Positions 39,009 through 50,863 of a stretch of DNA of 56,530 nucleotides are shown here, in pieces. The translations under genes and the position numbers were made by a program. The notes beneath the pieces are model-generated. The model was not told where the DNA came from. It saw only the letters and a program-made list of their open reading frames with translations, and ran no database searches. Every line of letters begins with the position of its first letter. The first letter of the stretch is position 1. Source of the stretch: Bigelowiella natans CCMP2755 (lineage: Eukaryota; Protista; Cercozoa); assembly GCA_000320545.1 (NCBI GenBank), contig ADNK01000432.1, positions 1-56,530 of the forward strand, read 5' to 3'.

Positions 39009-40260
39009 CTGGGATGTACTGTGAAGGCGGTGGAGGCGTGCATCGCCTTCAGTGTCATCATTTATGATATTTTTATCCATCCATCGGAACCTTGCTCAAA
39101 TCTTGGCGACGAGCTCTGAAACTTCCTTCTTCTTCTTCCTTCTGCCGCCGCAGGGTGTAGGCGTCATGAACTAGAAATTCCCTCCCAAGCTGCTGACATT
39201 CGTGTGTAGAAAAGGTCCCAATATCGGCAAATTCAAGCCTACTGTGAAGGATACATGGCCAGAGTAATCATCATCATCATCATCATCATCAATATCATTG
39301 CAATTTTTACCACTACCACCGTCGCCACCAAATAACAAAATTCACGAGGAAGCACACCCTTTAGGAAGATGATGGTTTTTTTTGTTTGTTTTCGATCAAT
39401 ATCTGATTCTCCTATATGCTTTTGCTCTCTTTCCTGTTGCTACGGTACCTACCTCGCCATTATCCGTTGAAAAATCATGCGAAGTACCGGAGAGAATTCA
39501 CGCCAGAACTTTTCTTCACTGTCATGCCCAGCTTCTAAGGTCATTACAATCGACGGCTCTCGCTTTCTAAATCCACCGATATCATCGGCGTCGGAAGGAT
39601 GGCTTATCGTTCGAAAGACCCGGTGCACATGGGCGACTTCAGGAAATGTAACTTTCAATTTAGTTTCGTCAGAGTAGTCGATGGTAGCGGTAGTGGCGGC
39701 GGTGTGGGAAGTCGACGACGAGGAGGAGGAAGAGGAGGAGAGGAAGGGCGGTGAGCGAACGCCAATTGCTTTAAAAATGGATTCATGCATCATCTGGAGC
39801 TGTGACAAATCCTCCTGCAGCACTTTGTGGTAGTCCTAATGTTATTTTGTGTGATGACTCATGTGCATAAGAATGCATATTTCGTGGTGTTTGATAATAT
39901 TAGTTTGTCCATACGCTGTGCTAAGAACTTGATATATATTTTCTCTCATCAGGGAGCAAAGTAGCTTTGTTTCTCTGACCTGCCAGCCAGTCCATCCGAC
40001 AACGCCAAGTCGCTCTCCCTTGGTCAGTTTTTCTCGCAGTGCCTGTGCATTGAGGCATACGGCAGCCCGAACCGGTATTCTTCTGAGCTCTTTCGAGATT
40101 AGCGAGACTTTTTCCGAAGAATGAGAGAACAGGGAAAAGAATGGGTTCCTATTCAGCCACTCTGCAAGTCCAGATGTACCAGGCCCTTTGCAGTCGCCGC
40201 AGATTAAATTCCATAACGAGATCGACTTGGAGAGCGATGACGATGACGATGACGATGATA

Positions 40261-40295
<35 letters not shown>

Positions 40296-40877
40296 AATGA
40301 AGATGCACATGTTGGCTCGGCGCATTGTGTCGTTTCAATCTGGGATATATCGGTGACAAGTATCACAGATTCAAATTCTACATCCAGAAGTCTGCTCATC
40401 ATCGTGGGCGATGATTTGGTGCTGTCAACTCGGAGAAAGTAATGGTCATATTTTGATGATTTATTGATCTCGATGGGTCCTGTGTTCCAAATCACATGAT
40501 TAATCCACTTTTTGTCCTCTGGTAGTTCCTTTGGTGGTTAGAGAAAAGAGAGTTTCTTACATTTTATGTGACAGCGTGCATTACAAGCAGGAAATTCAAT
40601 GGTACTACCTGCTTCATCTTTACATCTGAATCACGCAAAACTGGCTTCCCCCGTCTAACAAATTCCCTCGCGAGCGTTCGCTGTATGTCCCCTTGTGGTC
40701 AGAAAGATCAGCGTTACAATATGATGCAAATTCGCCTTGATATATTGCAGAAATATAACACACCATTTGGGCACACCCACAGAAGTTTTGTCGAATTGTT
40801 TCTCGTCATCTCCATGTCGTCGCGCAGCTGCAAGTCGATTTCCTGGCTTCTTTGTAGCTCACTATATATAATAATAT

Positions 40878-40918
<41 letters not shown>

Positions 40919-41316
40919 ATGTACACAAACTGGTAAAGAAAACGGCATGGTGCTTTTTGCTTATTGTTGTATGATATTATCCAAATGGGTACTAGCTACT
41001 TTGCCTTGCTACTACTGTTGCTTTCATATGTCTCTATTCATTCTAACTTCCTTGTAGAAGAGCAGATCATGGTGCCGATGCAGGGTGCCACAACGCACAG
41101 CTCCCGAGGACTGTCTATTTCACGATTGATATTTGTCTCACGACAACGTGTCAGTGTTGTCGCAGACAAAAATCGTCAATGGATTATCTATCATTTTTCA
41201 TTCAGAGAATTTTCCCCTGCGACAAAGGGAATTGAACAATTTATTTGGTGGTATTCGTTTCCATTACCGGTAGTTCGCTGGCAACGCTCGAGTAACGCTA
41301 CCATGCCCCCCGACAT
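37912..41316 (-). CDS. Fusion protein: degenerate G-alpha-like (pseudo-GTPase) domain + C-terminal 2OG-Fe(II) dioxygenase
   Basis: Phase-consistent exons 40764-40861, 40609-40691, 39980-40528, 39453-39835, 39091-39238, 38601-38847, 38346-38486, 38060-38166 and 37912-37968, plus probable 5' exons up to 41316. Dioxygenase motifs INFHTD, EYSGGRLVF, IHDNRIVHGVT and GIRYGLF are clear. The N-half resembles G-alpha (ELQRSQEIDLQLRDD...KLLW), which is the less certain call. Confidence 0.75.
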
Positions 41317-41508
41317 CCTTCCGTCTCGCGCGCTGCCTCCGAGGTTTCGCTGACCCTCTACTTGGCACTCCTCTTTTGATTATATAAAGATATGTTTATT
41401 TTTCTGTTTAATGTATATTATATTATATATATTTATATACTATACACCTCTGTGATACGTATTCGTACATGTATTTATATTTGTATTTGTATGTATGTGG
41501 CTGTTTCT

Positions 41509-41540
<32 letters not shown>

Positions 41541-41541
41541 T

Positions 41542-41604
<63 letters not shown>

Positions 41605-41751
41605 CGTGTTATCGAAGGCATGGCTTTTAAGTTAAGTGACGAGCTCGGAAGTCAAAATTCTAGGAAAAGTCTACGAACACAATCGCAAAGAAGGTCGTTC
41701 GAAAGTTTCCCCCTGCCATGATTCCGAAAATTCTAATGATGCAATAATTTA

Positions 41752-44640
41752 ATGCAGGCTAGGATGATGCAACAACAGATTCATGGCCAAGGACGAAGCA
41801 ATGAGCGGGGAAGAGCAAGCAACATGGACAGTCAGAATGAGCCTGCTGGAATGATAGGGCGAAAGCCCTCGTATGTTCGCTCCATCCTTCGTTTCCTTGC
41901 TCCGCCTAAAGAACAAGAGACAGTTAAAGTCATCAACGACAAAGAATTAAAAGTCTTACAAAGAGGCACTGAGAAGATAGTCAAGCTCGATCAAATATAT
42001 GGAGAGTCCTCCTCATCGACCAGAGATTTTTTCTCGAAGGAGTTCAAATCGAGTGCCAAACAGTGTCTTAACGGAAGCAACTACGCATTTCTCTTCACCG
42101 GTGAAACCTCCAGTGACAAACTGAGACTCATGTGTGGGGACGAAAAACAAGCTGGAATTGGAGATCTCTTCGTCGATGAGATATTTTCACTTCGAAATGA
42201 TCAGCAAAAGCCCATTGTTACAATGCAGTTCGTCTCGATTGCCGGCGATCTGATTTCAGACCTTGTTAACCCAAAGAACCAGTTTCACATATCAGTAGAT
42301 ATGACCCTGGATGGGGTGATGATACAGCACAATTCTGATGTCAATGTCAGGAACAGAGATGATTTTAGGAGGAGCATGATGGAAGGAATGCGAGTCTTAC
42401 GGGAGAGCCCTGAAAAGGCCGCTTTGAGATCCGTTTTCGTCATATTAGAAATCAGAAACAAAGATCTTTTTAGCAGGGTTATTTTCGCATGCCTGCCTGG
42501 GTTTGAAAGGCTTGGCGTCGACCCTCAGGTGCTGCGCGCACGAGAGGGGCCTATAGCGAACATGGAGCTGTTAGCCTTCGCCGCAGTCCTGAATCGAATG
42601 GCGTTTGCCGACGAAGGGTCTGCATCGTATTGCGACTTCTCCATGTCCAAGACGACTTACTTGCTCGAGGAGGCATTGGGTGGGAATTGTTGTACACTAC
42701 TGATTTCGTCCATAAATACAGGGGCCCGAATGCCGTTGAAGACTCTCGAGATTGCCTCAGCAATACGGCGCGTGGCGAACTACCCCATCCAAAACAACGT
42801 TGCCTCCAACAAGGTTTTCCAGCGGCTGCGCAGAACCATCGCGTACATGAAGCAACGAAATCAAACCGTCAACACAAGTTCACACCTGGGGTCGGACCGG
42901 GATGCGTATGACAGTAAATTGAGCGAGCTAGAGAAGAAGCTAATAGACTCCGAGATTGCCCGGGCTAGCCTGATCGAGGAAAAGAAAGCCACCCTCAAGA
43001 AGTTCCAGGAATTCCGTGACAAGTTCAAGAGCCTCACGGCAGCCAAGGTGAGCGACCAAAAGGCCCTGATTGAGAGCGAGAAGGAGAGGCTGCGAATATC
43101 AAAGCTCCTCGTAGAGCTGAAAATCAACAAGAACCAGAGCTCAGAGAAGACTCTGGAGGAAAAGCACGTGCAGGAAGCGAAGATTCTGGAGCTCGAATCG
43201 GAGATTGCAAAGCTCAAGTCACACTCGAAGCTCGGGGAAGACTCTCAGGAGAAGATTAAGGAGGAGCTCAAGAACAAGATAGACCAGTACGAGAACCTCC
43301 GCGTTGAGTTCGTCTCAGTAAAATACACGCTGATCGAGCTCCAGGAGCAATATGACAAGGTTCGGGATAAGAACAAGAAGATCTCCGCCGAGCTGCTAAC
43401 TCTACACAACACCAACAAATTCCTCCAGAAGTCTAAGGAGGAAGTGGAGAAAAGGGTGAAGGCTTCCGCGGGGATGAACATCGCGGGCAGAAAGGAGGAC
43501 AAAGAGCGAAAAGCTGCAGAGGTAACCAAAGACCACAACGACAAAGAAACCAAAGCTCTCCTGGAGAAGTATGCTGTTGCGAAGGGGGAGGTCGACCGAC
43601 TAAAAAAGAAGCTCCATGACCAATCTTTGGAATATAGACAGAAAATCGAAGAGGGCGTAGTCTCGGGGGGGGCGGGGGAGGACTCCAAGGCGAGCTCTGC
43701 TTTGTCGTTCGCAGCTCTGAACGCGAAGGTGTTCCATGAGCACGTAAGGCAGGAGAGAGGATCGATAGATGAGATCATCGAACAACAGACTAAAATCGAC
43801 GCCCTAGAATCAAACATCTCCAAGCTTATAAAGCATTATCGGATACTCTACGAGTACCTCATGATGTCCTCCTTGCCGGAAGAGGCGTGGCCTGCAGTCT
43901 TGAAGGAGAGGGAGATCGAGCAGCTTCAGAACGCCACCACCACACAGGCCAGCAATGTCGGCGTCTTGAAGACCCTTTTCAACCGGCTACGGGCCCTGCA
44001 AGAATCGATAGTTGAGAGCAACGATAGACAGGTCAAGCTTGTTGAGGAAAATGACCGCTTAAAGAGGGAGGGGCACCGCTCGGACGGCTCCGTCAGCACA
44101 ATACAAAAGCTTCAGGAACATCTGGACAAGATGTTTGCAGAGCAGGTGGCGAAGAGCTCGAAATCGGACAGGCAGAAGATCTTAGACTTGCAAGATGAAA
44201 TTGCAGTCCTAAAGAGCAAAAACCAGAGGCTCGAGCAGCGTTCCCAGGAGGGAGATCCCGACGTCAAAAGGCGCTTGCAAGAGCAGCTATCACAGAAGGA
44301 CGGGGAGATTCGCCGCATGAAAGAAGAATCCATGTCGCTCAGAGAAAAGATTCACGACTTGCAGAAAAAGGCTAAGGCGCCGAAGACTCCGAGAGAAAAG
44401 CAAGATGCAAAGGCCATCAGTAATCAACTGGCAGAGTTCTCCGCAGGGCAAATCCAGCAACTAGAGCGAGAGAATGCCGAACTGAGGACCAAGCTTCTCC
44501 AATGCGAGACAGAGCTCCAAAACTGCGAAGAGTTCATGAAAGAGCAGATTACCTCGTATCAGAATCAAATTATAAGCTTGAAGAAGGAGCTAGCCGCGCT
44601 GAAGCAAACAAATAGCTCACAGCCACGAGCAGCATGGTGA
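41752..44640 (+). CDS. Intronless 962-aa protein: degenerate kinesin motor domain + CCDC78/DUF4472-like coiled coil
   Basis: Kinesin-like segments LNGSNYAFLFTGETSSDK (P-loop degenerate), SRVIFACLPGFER (DLAGSER degenerate) and SKTTYLLEEALGGNCCTLLI. LIESEKERLRISKLLVELKINKN...EAKILELE resembles the CCDC78 DUF4472 region. Long coiled coil. Confidence 0.85.
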   Translation: MQARMMQQQIHGQGRSNERGRASNMDSQNEPAGMIGRKPSYVRSILRFLAPPKEQETVKVINDKELKVLQRGTEKIVKLDQIYGESSSSTRDFFSKEFKSSAKQCLNGSNYAFLFTGETSSDKLRLMCGDEKQAGIGDLFVDEIFSLRNDQQKPIVTMQFVSIAGDLISDLVNPKNQFHISVDMTLDGVMIQHNSDVNVRNRDDFRRSMMEGMRVLRESPEKAALRSVFVILEIRNKDLFSRVIFACLPGFERLGVDPQVLRAREGPIANMELLAFAAVLNRMAFADEGSASYCDFSMSKTTYLLEEALGGNCCTLLISSINTGARMPLKTLEIASAIRRVANYPIQNNVASNKVFQRLRRTIAYMKQRNQTVNTSSHLGSDRDAYDSKLSELEKKLIDSEIARASLIEEKKATLKKFQEFRDKFKSLTAAKVSDQKALIESEKERLRISKLLVELKINKNQSSEKTLEEKHVQEAKILELESEIAKLKSHSKLGEDSQEKIKEELKNKIDQYENLRVEFVSVKYTLIELQEQYDKVRDKNKKISAELLTLHNTNKFLQKSKEEVEKRVKASAGMNIAGRKEDKERKAAEVTKDHNDKETKALLEKYAVAKGEVDRLKKKLHDQSLEYRQKIEEGVVSGGAGEDSKASSALSFAALNAKVFHEHVRQERGSIDEIIEQQTKIDALESNISKLIKHYRILYEYLMMSSLPEEAWPAVLKEREIEQLQNATTTQASNVGVLKTLFNRLRALQESIVESNDRQVKLVEENDRLKREGHRSDGSVSTIQKLQEHLDKMFAEQVAKSSKSDRQKILDLQDEIAVLKSKNQRLEQRSQEGDPDVKRRLQEQLSQKDGEIRRMKEESMSLREKIHDLQKKAKAPKTPREKQDAKAISNQLAEFSAGQIQQLERENAELRTKLLQCETELQNCEEFMKEQITSYQNQIISLKKELAALKQTNSSQPRAAW

Positions 44641-45005
44641 TGCATACGTGCAACGCGTACCTTGCATGAGAAAGGAAAATAAAGCTGTGCCTTTAACGTG
44701 ATTAGAAGAATGGATTATGCGGGAATGCTTGCGCGTCATTTTAAGAATCTTAGGAAAGACATCCTTATATAGAGTGCGCACTGTGCGTCATTGAAAAAAT
44801 GCGAACCAACGAAAATAAATATGTATTTTGGATGTTCCTAATATGGGACTGGATAAGAAGGTATGGCACCACGCATGTTTTGTATTAATGACAGAAGGAC
44901 ATAGCCAACATCTAGCTAACAGCATGCGGCTACAATGCTGGTGGCGCTTAAAAACATAAACGTACGTAAGCGTGCGCTGGTCAGTGGATTAAGTCGCCTG
45001 CACAC

Positions 45006-45290
45006 ATGTGAGACGGATGTAATCATTGAATTAAATTTTATCAATGGTCATCCTAATGCAGCTAGCTATGCAAAGCATCGGATATATTTTTGACTAAGGA
45101 CTTTGTAATTATGTATACATGTACACGTGGCTGGCAAATAATACGTGCGTCCGACAGAGCGTACGTCACGTTTAAGAATTCTCCGATCGACTATTTCGCA
45201 AGTCGATGGAGCAAATTGAATTATTTTCCGGGCTCGCTATGCTGTATAAGACGGATGTAATGAATAAATTATTTTTTTCCTATGGTCGTA
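45006..45290 (-). mobile_element. Two further short relics of the LINE 3' end (45006-45065 and 45248-45290)
   Basis: tgtgagacggatgtaatcattgaattaaattttatcaatggtcatcctaatgcagct and agacggatgtaatgaataaattatttttttcctatggtc both match 29279-29335. Confidence 0.7.
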
Positions 45291-45537
45291 GTCCGCATGC
45301 ATGCCACGGTAGGCGCGTTAAATGTAGCCGCCTTTTGCTTGTCAAGATGCACGTACAATTATTTGCTAGATTGCGGGCATGTTTGAACCAGTTGACTACT
45401 TGTATTGGGCCTGCTGCTGCGTATGTAGTAGACGTAATGTGTGCACAGCATCAACGATGTTCTGTTGTGCCGCTCCTATCTAGGTGTTGTCCCACGCACA
45501 GCAGAGCATTATTACTACTTGATGTTTGCCATCGATA

Positions 45538-46101
45538 CTAATCATCCATCTCGTCCGGGATGATGCCAAGCTGCTGCTTCCCATGGACTTTTCCGTCTAC
45601 TTCCCCATTGTCACTAGTAGCCTCACCGAATTTGACTATACGAGACTCCGCCCTATCCTCCTCGTCGACTTGTCTTAGCATAGAGGGCGGCGCATATTTG
45701 CTTTCATAGAAGACAGATGATCCTGATTGGGAGGCGAGCTCCGCGCCGGGTTGTGCCGATAACACTCCTCCATTCTTTGATTTATAACCTTTGACCTCTT
45801 TGGAGAAGTTGGAGAGGAGGGGGATACGCCAGATGCGGCTGTCGCCGCACCACGCGATCATGGTTTTCCTGCATTCGGCAAAGAGAACACCATCTTTACA
45901 ACTGTAACATGAATCATCGAGTGTGTGCGTGTCCAAGATTCCAAGAATCCTTCTATTGCCACCCCCCCCCTACCTTATCACTGTCGCATAGAAGCTGAAA
46001 GGCCATATTAGATTCACACATAACACGTTGATGGTCACGTCTGCGCCCAGGATGGTGAAAACCACGCTCCGCAACTGCAGAAAGCTAACGTCAGTGATAA
46101 T

Positions 46102-46137
<36 letters not shown>

Positions 46138-46760
46138 TAACATACATATACACTTGAGATGTGTTGCTTGGGTGTTCGTTACATTCATCTTTGGCGGTGG
46201 GAGATAGCAATGTAGGGATAAGCGGTATGTATGTATGTATGTATGTATGTATGTTTGTAGTATTGACCAGGAACTTCTCCTTGTTATTGAAGTATATGAG
46301 AAACGAGTACCTTGTAAAACACAAAGTATGATGGACGCATATGCGCGCATTGTATACATATAACACCAAACCATTACAATCAAGTTCCATAATCAAGAGG
46401 GAGAGAGGGAGGGAAAGCCAAAGATAAACTCCTACGTAGTGGCAGTGGAAGCCATTGACAACAGGCCCCAGATAAGGTTCCTAAGAGATGTAATTATATA
46501 ACAACGATATCAGTTGTGACTTGGACGATGTTTAAACGGAAAAACGACGAAAGTCTCAAAAGGCCGACCTGGCAATAACCCAAAAGTTCTTCTGGCTTTT
46601 CTTGGAGTCACGAAACACCCTGTGAAAAGCGCATGGTCCGTGCATAAGTATCATCAATGATCACTCTAGAGGTCAGTGCACGATATTCAAAGGATGAGCA
46701 TCAATGGCTTTCGTTTTTGTGACACAGCTAATAGCGGAACAAAGGGATTGGAGTATTTAA

Positions 46761-46806
<46 letters not shown>

Positions 46807-47149
46807 ACAATGCATGACGCGGGAGAAGATAATAACATCATAACATCACAGAAGGGTAGGCAGAAAGCGTGATCCCTTCTCATCTTTCGATGACGCACGT
46901 CACTATGATAAGTCTCACATCTACCTCCAGAGAAAGTACACGAAAAGGCTCTGAAAAGGATATAAGGGGCGGGCAGGAAGATGGATTAGAAGATCTGCAT
47001 GATGATTTCTCTGTCGAATTCAAAATATGGGTTAGCTGCATGGCCTCTATCGTTAATACCACCACCACTATCACTTTCACCATCATTTTCTTCGTGTGGT
47101 AATCATTCGTACCAAGCAGGAGATGGAGCACAGGACGTCAGTCTAAGAA

Positions 47150-47182
<33 letters not shown>

Positions 47183-47644
47183 CGCGCGCACAACAAGCAG
47201 GGACCGTCAGCAAAATTATTGCTGATACGAAGCAACGAACATCAAAGTCATCCGAACTGTAGCTGCCGTATGTGTAGGTGAATGCACATGCATTTGCAGG
47301 CGACAAAGAATCGCGCTGTTTAGCACCATAGTCTATGACTCACCGCTGCTAAAAACCCGAACACAGCGACTGGAATTGTCGATCCGCAAACCTAATGAAA
47401 CCGAAGCAATACCTTCAATTTAGAGCTCCTCTGCCAATAATTTTTCACATATATCCCAGATCTGATATGTGGGCTGCTCAATTAAGACCCCTCCCCCCCC
47501 CCCCCTTTGACCCGAACCAGCGAAAAAAAAAGAATGGACAACTCCGATCCCCCTGTTCCATTTTACATTTTGGCCTTCAAATGAATTGATCCAAGCGTTT
47601 CCTGAGACAGGTAATGTTAGATATTATGGTGAAAACAATATATA

Positions 47645-47682
<38 letters not shown>

Positions 47683-49219
47683 CTCTCTCTCTCTCTCTCT
47701 GTCTTTCACGCACTACGCCACACAAGATCAACAACACTTTGGCGAGCCTACCTTTCGCTGCAGAAGCGAATGCAGAGATTACTCCAACAGGAAGGAAGAA
47801 CGCATGCAAGTACCACCTACAGTTGCCGTGGGTTAGGAGAGGATGAGAGGGAAGGAGGGGGGAGGTGGGGACATAGATGCAAGACAAGAACAGCAACTGT
47901 AAAAAACCAATGAATCTGCACCCTGATACAGAGAGCAATAGAATAAGGACTCAGAAAATGGATGTAACCAGCATGATATCCGTGTTGGTGGAAAGATACT
48001 CTCATTTTTTCCCGGATTCATGGAATATTGCGAAAGACAGAAATGTGTTCGAACAACAACTCTTGAGAAAGGGAATCGCTCCTCAAACAGTGCTACCAAA
48101 GAATTCTCCGGAAGAGCCTTGTTTGGTTGTAAGGATCGACCTAACAAATACAAGCCAAAGGATCATTTCGTTTCATTCGAAAACTAAGTTAAGAAATTAG
48201 CAGTCAAATGTTTAGAATAAAAATAAATAGTAGGTTCCAATAATATTCCCTCATGTAAAAATGCACCGTTCCAGCGTCGGCTTTTCAGGTTGAATCGAGA
48301 GCAGAAATGACGTATCATTCATATTCAATTCAAAAACACATTTACACACTCGCAAACACATATATGCGTGCATGCGTGCGTTGAGTAAACATGTAATAGA
48401 GGAGGTGGGGATGATCCGACCACTGCAGCGCGTGAGAGGAGAAGTCGGTAAATAAAAAAATTAATGATGTTGTAGAAGCAGACGGCAAGGCCTAAAATTA
48501 CACACAAGGATATCCTTTTGCAAATAATAAAAACGTCTTTATTGTGTGGATCAACATGTATTTAATATTCGAGTTATGTGGAATGTACATGTGAAGTGGG
48601 CTTACATGTTGCGGTGGCGCAGATGGTCTCATCTCTATTGATATTCGACTGATCACAGCAACCAAATACAAGGCTTTACATAGATATAGCTCATACACAT
48701 ACATGTTTGCAAACCTTTTATGTTATTATTAATTACACATACATACAAATATGTGTGTGTGTGTGTGTGTGTTTACACGCAGAATGGTTTACGTCTAACC
48801 GATGAAACGAGAAAGAATATCGGCGTTTCCAAGAGCAGTGCGGAATAGTTCAGCGCTAGCACATTCTTCCTGACAAGCCTGTAAGTCAACGAGAGATTTC
48901 AGGACACTAAGCACATATTTGTCAATTCCTGCAGCGATGTAAAAAGAGGGAACTCAATAGTTACCTGAAGTCGATTATGTTGTAATGTAAACATGATTGC
49001 CAAAAAATGCTCGGTAAAACATAGGGATACAAGTAATCGAAAAAGACTCACTAGTTACTTCTAAATTACGTTATTTTACTAGCGTTTCTATCCGTTCGGC
49101 CCTAGTGGGGGGAGGGATAGAGCTCAGTTTAGCGTCAGACAGATCAACTCCAAAAACGGACGAAAAACGCTGAAAGAAGAAGTGAGCATACATTTATAGA
49201 CACTTGTATCTAAAGAGAG

Positions 49220-49260
<41 letters not shown>

Positions 49261-49408
49261 AAGCACTGACCCTAGTGTAATGATGGGAACCGTAGAACTC
49301 GTGGCACGTGTGAGCGACCGCGAAGAAGAAAGCTACCGTCCCGCAAATCCACGCCAACGCATATCGCACATCGGGTGTTAATTCGTTGTACAGAGGATAG
49401 TCAACCAT
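45538..49408 (-). CDS. Seven-transmembrane GPCR-like protein
   Basis: About 13 short exons give seven hydrophobic helices: YALAWICGTVAFFFAVA; VLALNYSALLLETPIFFLV; CVILGLAVCFYNIINFFIYRLLL; WYLHAFFLPVGVISAFA; CFVSAIILLTTDVLCSISCLSLFVYFLW; RNLIWGLLSMASTATTYSFLIYF; VVFTILGADVTINVLCVNLIW. A ~135-aa hydrophilic tail follows. Some internal joins are unresolved. Confidence 0.75.
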
Positions 49409-49725
49409 GCCCGCAGCAACGTCCCAAAATGGGAATTTCGTCCTTAGACTAGGGCTAGGCCTTGGGGTAGAGTGATATTATATAGTAAGTAACGTTACCG
49501 GTACACTATGGCGATTCTTCCGCATAATTTCCAGTCTGTTTCCTCATCGAGACACGGTGAAATTCGTTGTCGCATTAAAAAGTGATGACCCTGCAAGGTT
49601 CGCTGTGGCGTCATGCCCCTTCACCTCGGCCGATGCGCTTGTCGCACCGTTGTAATCACCTGGATTCTACGATGCTTCGGGTCTTAGGCGTTTTAACATT
49701 TTGTATCTAGCCAACAGAGGATGGC

Positions 49726-50782
49726 ATGACAGCTCCTAAAGGGAGGGAAAGATCAGTCGAGGTAGTCTAGAAAGTGAGCGTGGTGGTTCTTCGGCTCTCA
49801 TCCCGGCCGGGATACTTCCGGTTTTCGCTGGGGTTTGGATAATAAGGGGGGACGAGGGGTTGTTGGGGAAGGAGCAGGGACCGTGGGCGCAGATGATGAT
49901 TCTATTGTTTCATGTCAAGTCTTCGAAGCTTCGGCATATGAGAACACAAAGCAATTTAATCTGATGCGTGTACCCTTCGCAACTTGATATTTATATCTCC
50001 CCTTCTCTTTATCTCGGTCTCTCTCTCTCTCTCCCTCTCTCTCTCTCTCACGGACTCTCTCTTTTTTACGTGCGTGTGTTTGATATCTGTGAGAGTGTGC
50101 ATTACAATCATATATTATTCTTTATTTGAGATCGAAGATTAAAGACTTCCAACATCTTTTATCAGAAAAATCGAGCTGGAAATATGGGGCCATTGTTGTT
50201 CCTACTTTGCACCCTTGGCCCGTCGTCTTATTCCGGTTTAGCGTCAGCTGCCCCTACGCCTTTTCCTACTCGCGCGCCAACGCCCGTTCAAGCAAACTCA
50301 TTGCCAGGTTATTGCTAAGAGTGTGTGTACATTTAAACATTGCAACCATACACTCTCACAGACACCTGTATAATTTTGTATATATGTGATGCATCCACAG
50401 GGCCTCCCTATCAATATGTCCACTACATCGACTATCGTACAAGCGCTTGTATTGAGGTCAATCATGGAAAGCCATTCTGGAAAATTGATGCGAGCATTCC
50501 CTCCTTCTGCTGAGAATAGCAATAGCACTCTCTGCTCTATTCGTAAACATGCAGTGCGGCGTTCTATGCTAGCGACGTTGATGTCGTGATCGTACGTGCA
50601 TATATGCCTGTGTGTGTGTGTGTGTAGGTGATGTCGCACGTCTACATCAAGATGAACCACTGTACGTTTGACCAAAACAAGCAAAAATGGGAAAAATGGA
50701 TCAAGTAAGAAGAAGACTAATGCTGCTGCTGCTGCTGTTTATGAATATTTTCTCATCTTTTCTCGTCTTTGTCAGCCCCCTC

Positions 50783-50863
<81 letters not shown>

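Noticed and set aside
47877-48200. 107-aa plus-strand ORF inside the 7TM gene that looked like a nested gene
   Set aside because: It and its neighbouring candidate exons overlap minus-strand exons needed for the 7TM protein around TM4, so it is most likely an antisense shadow.
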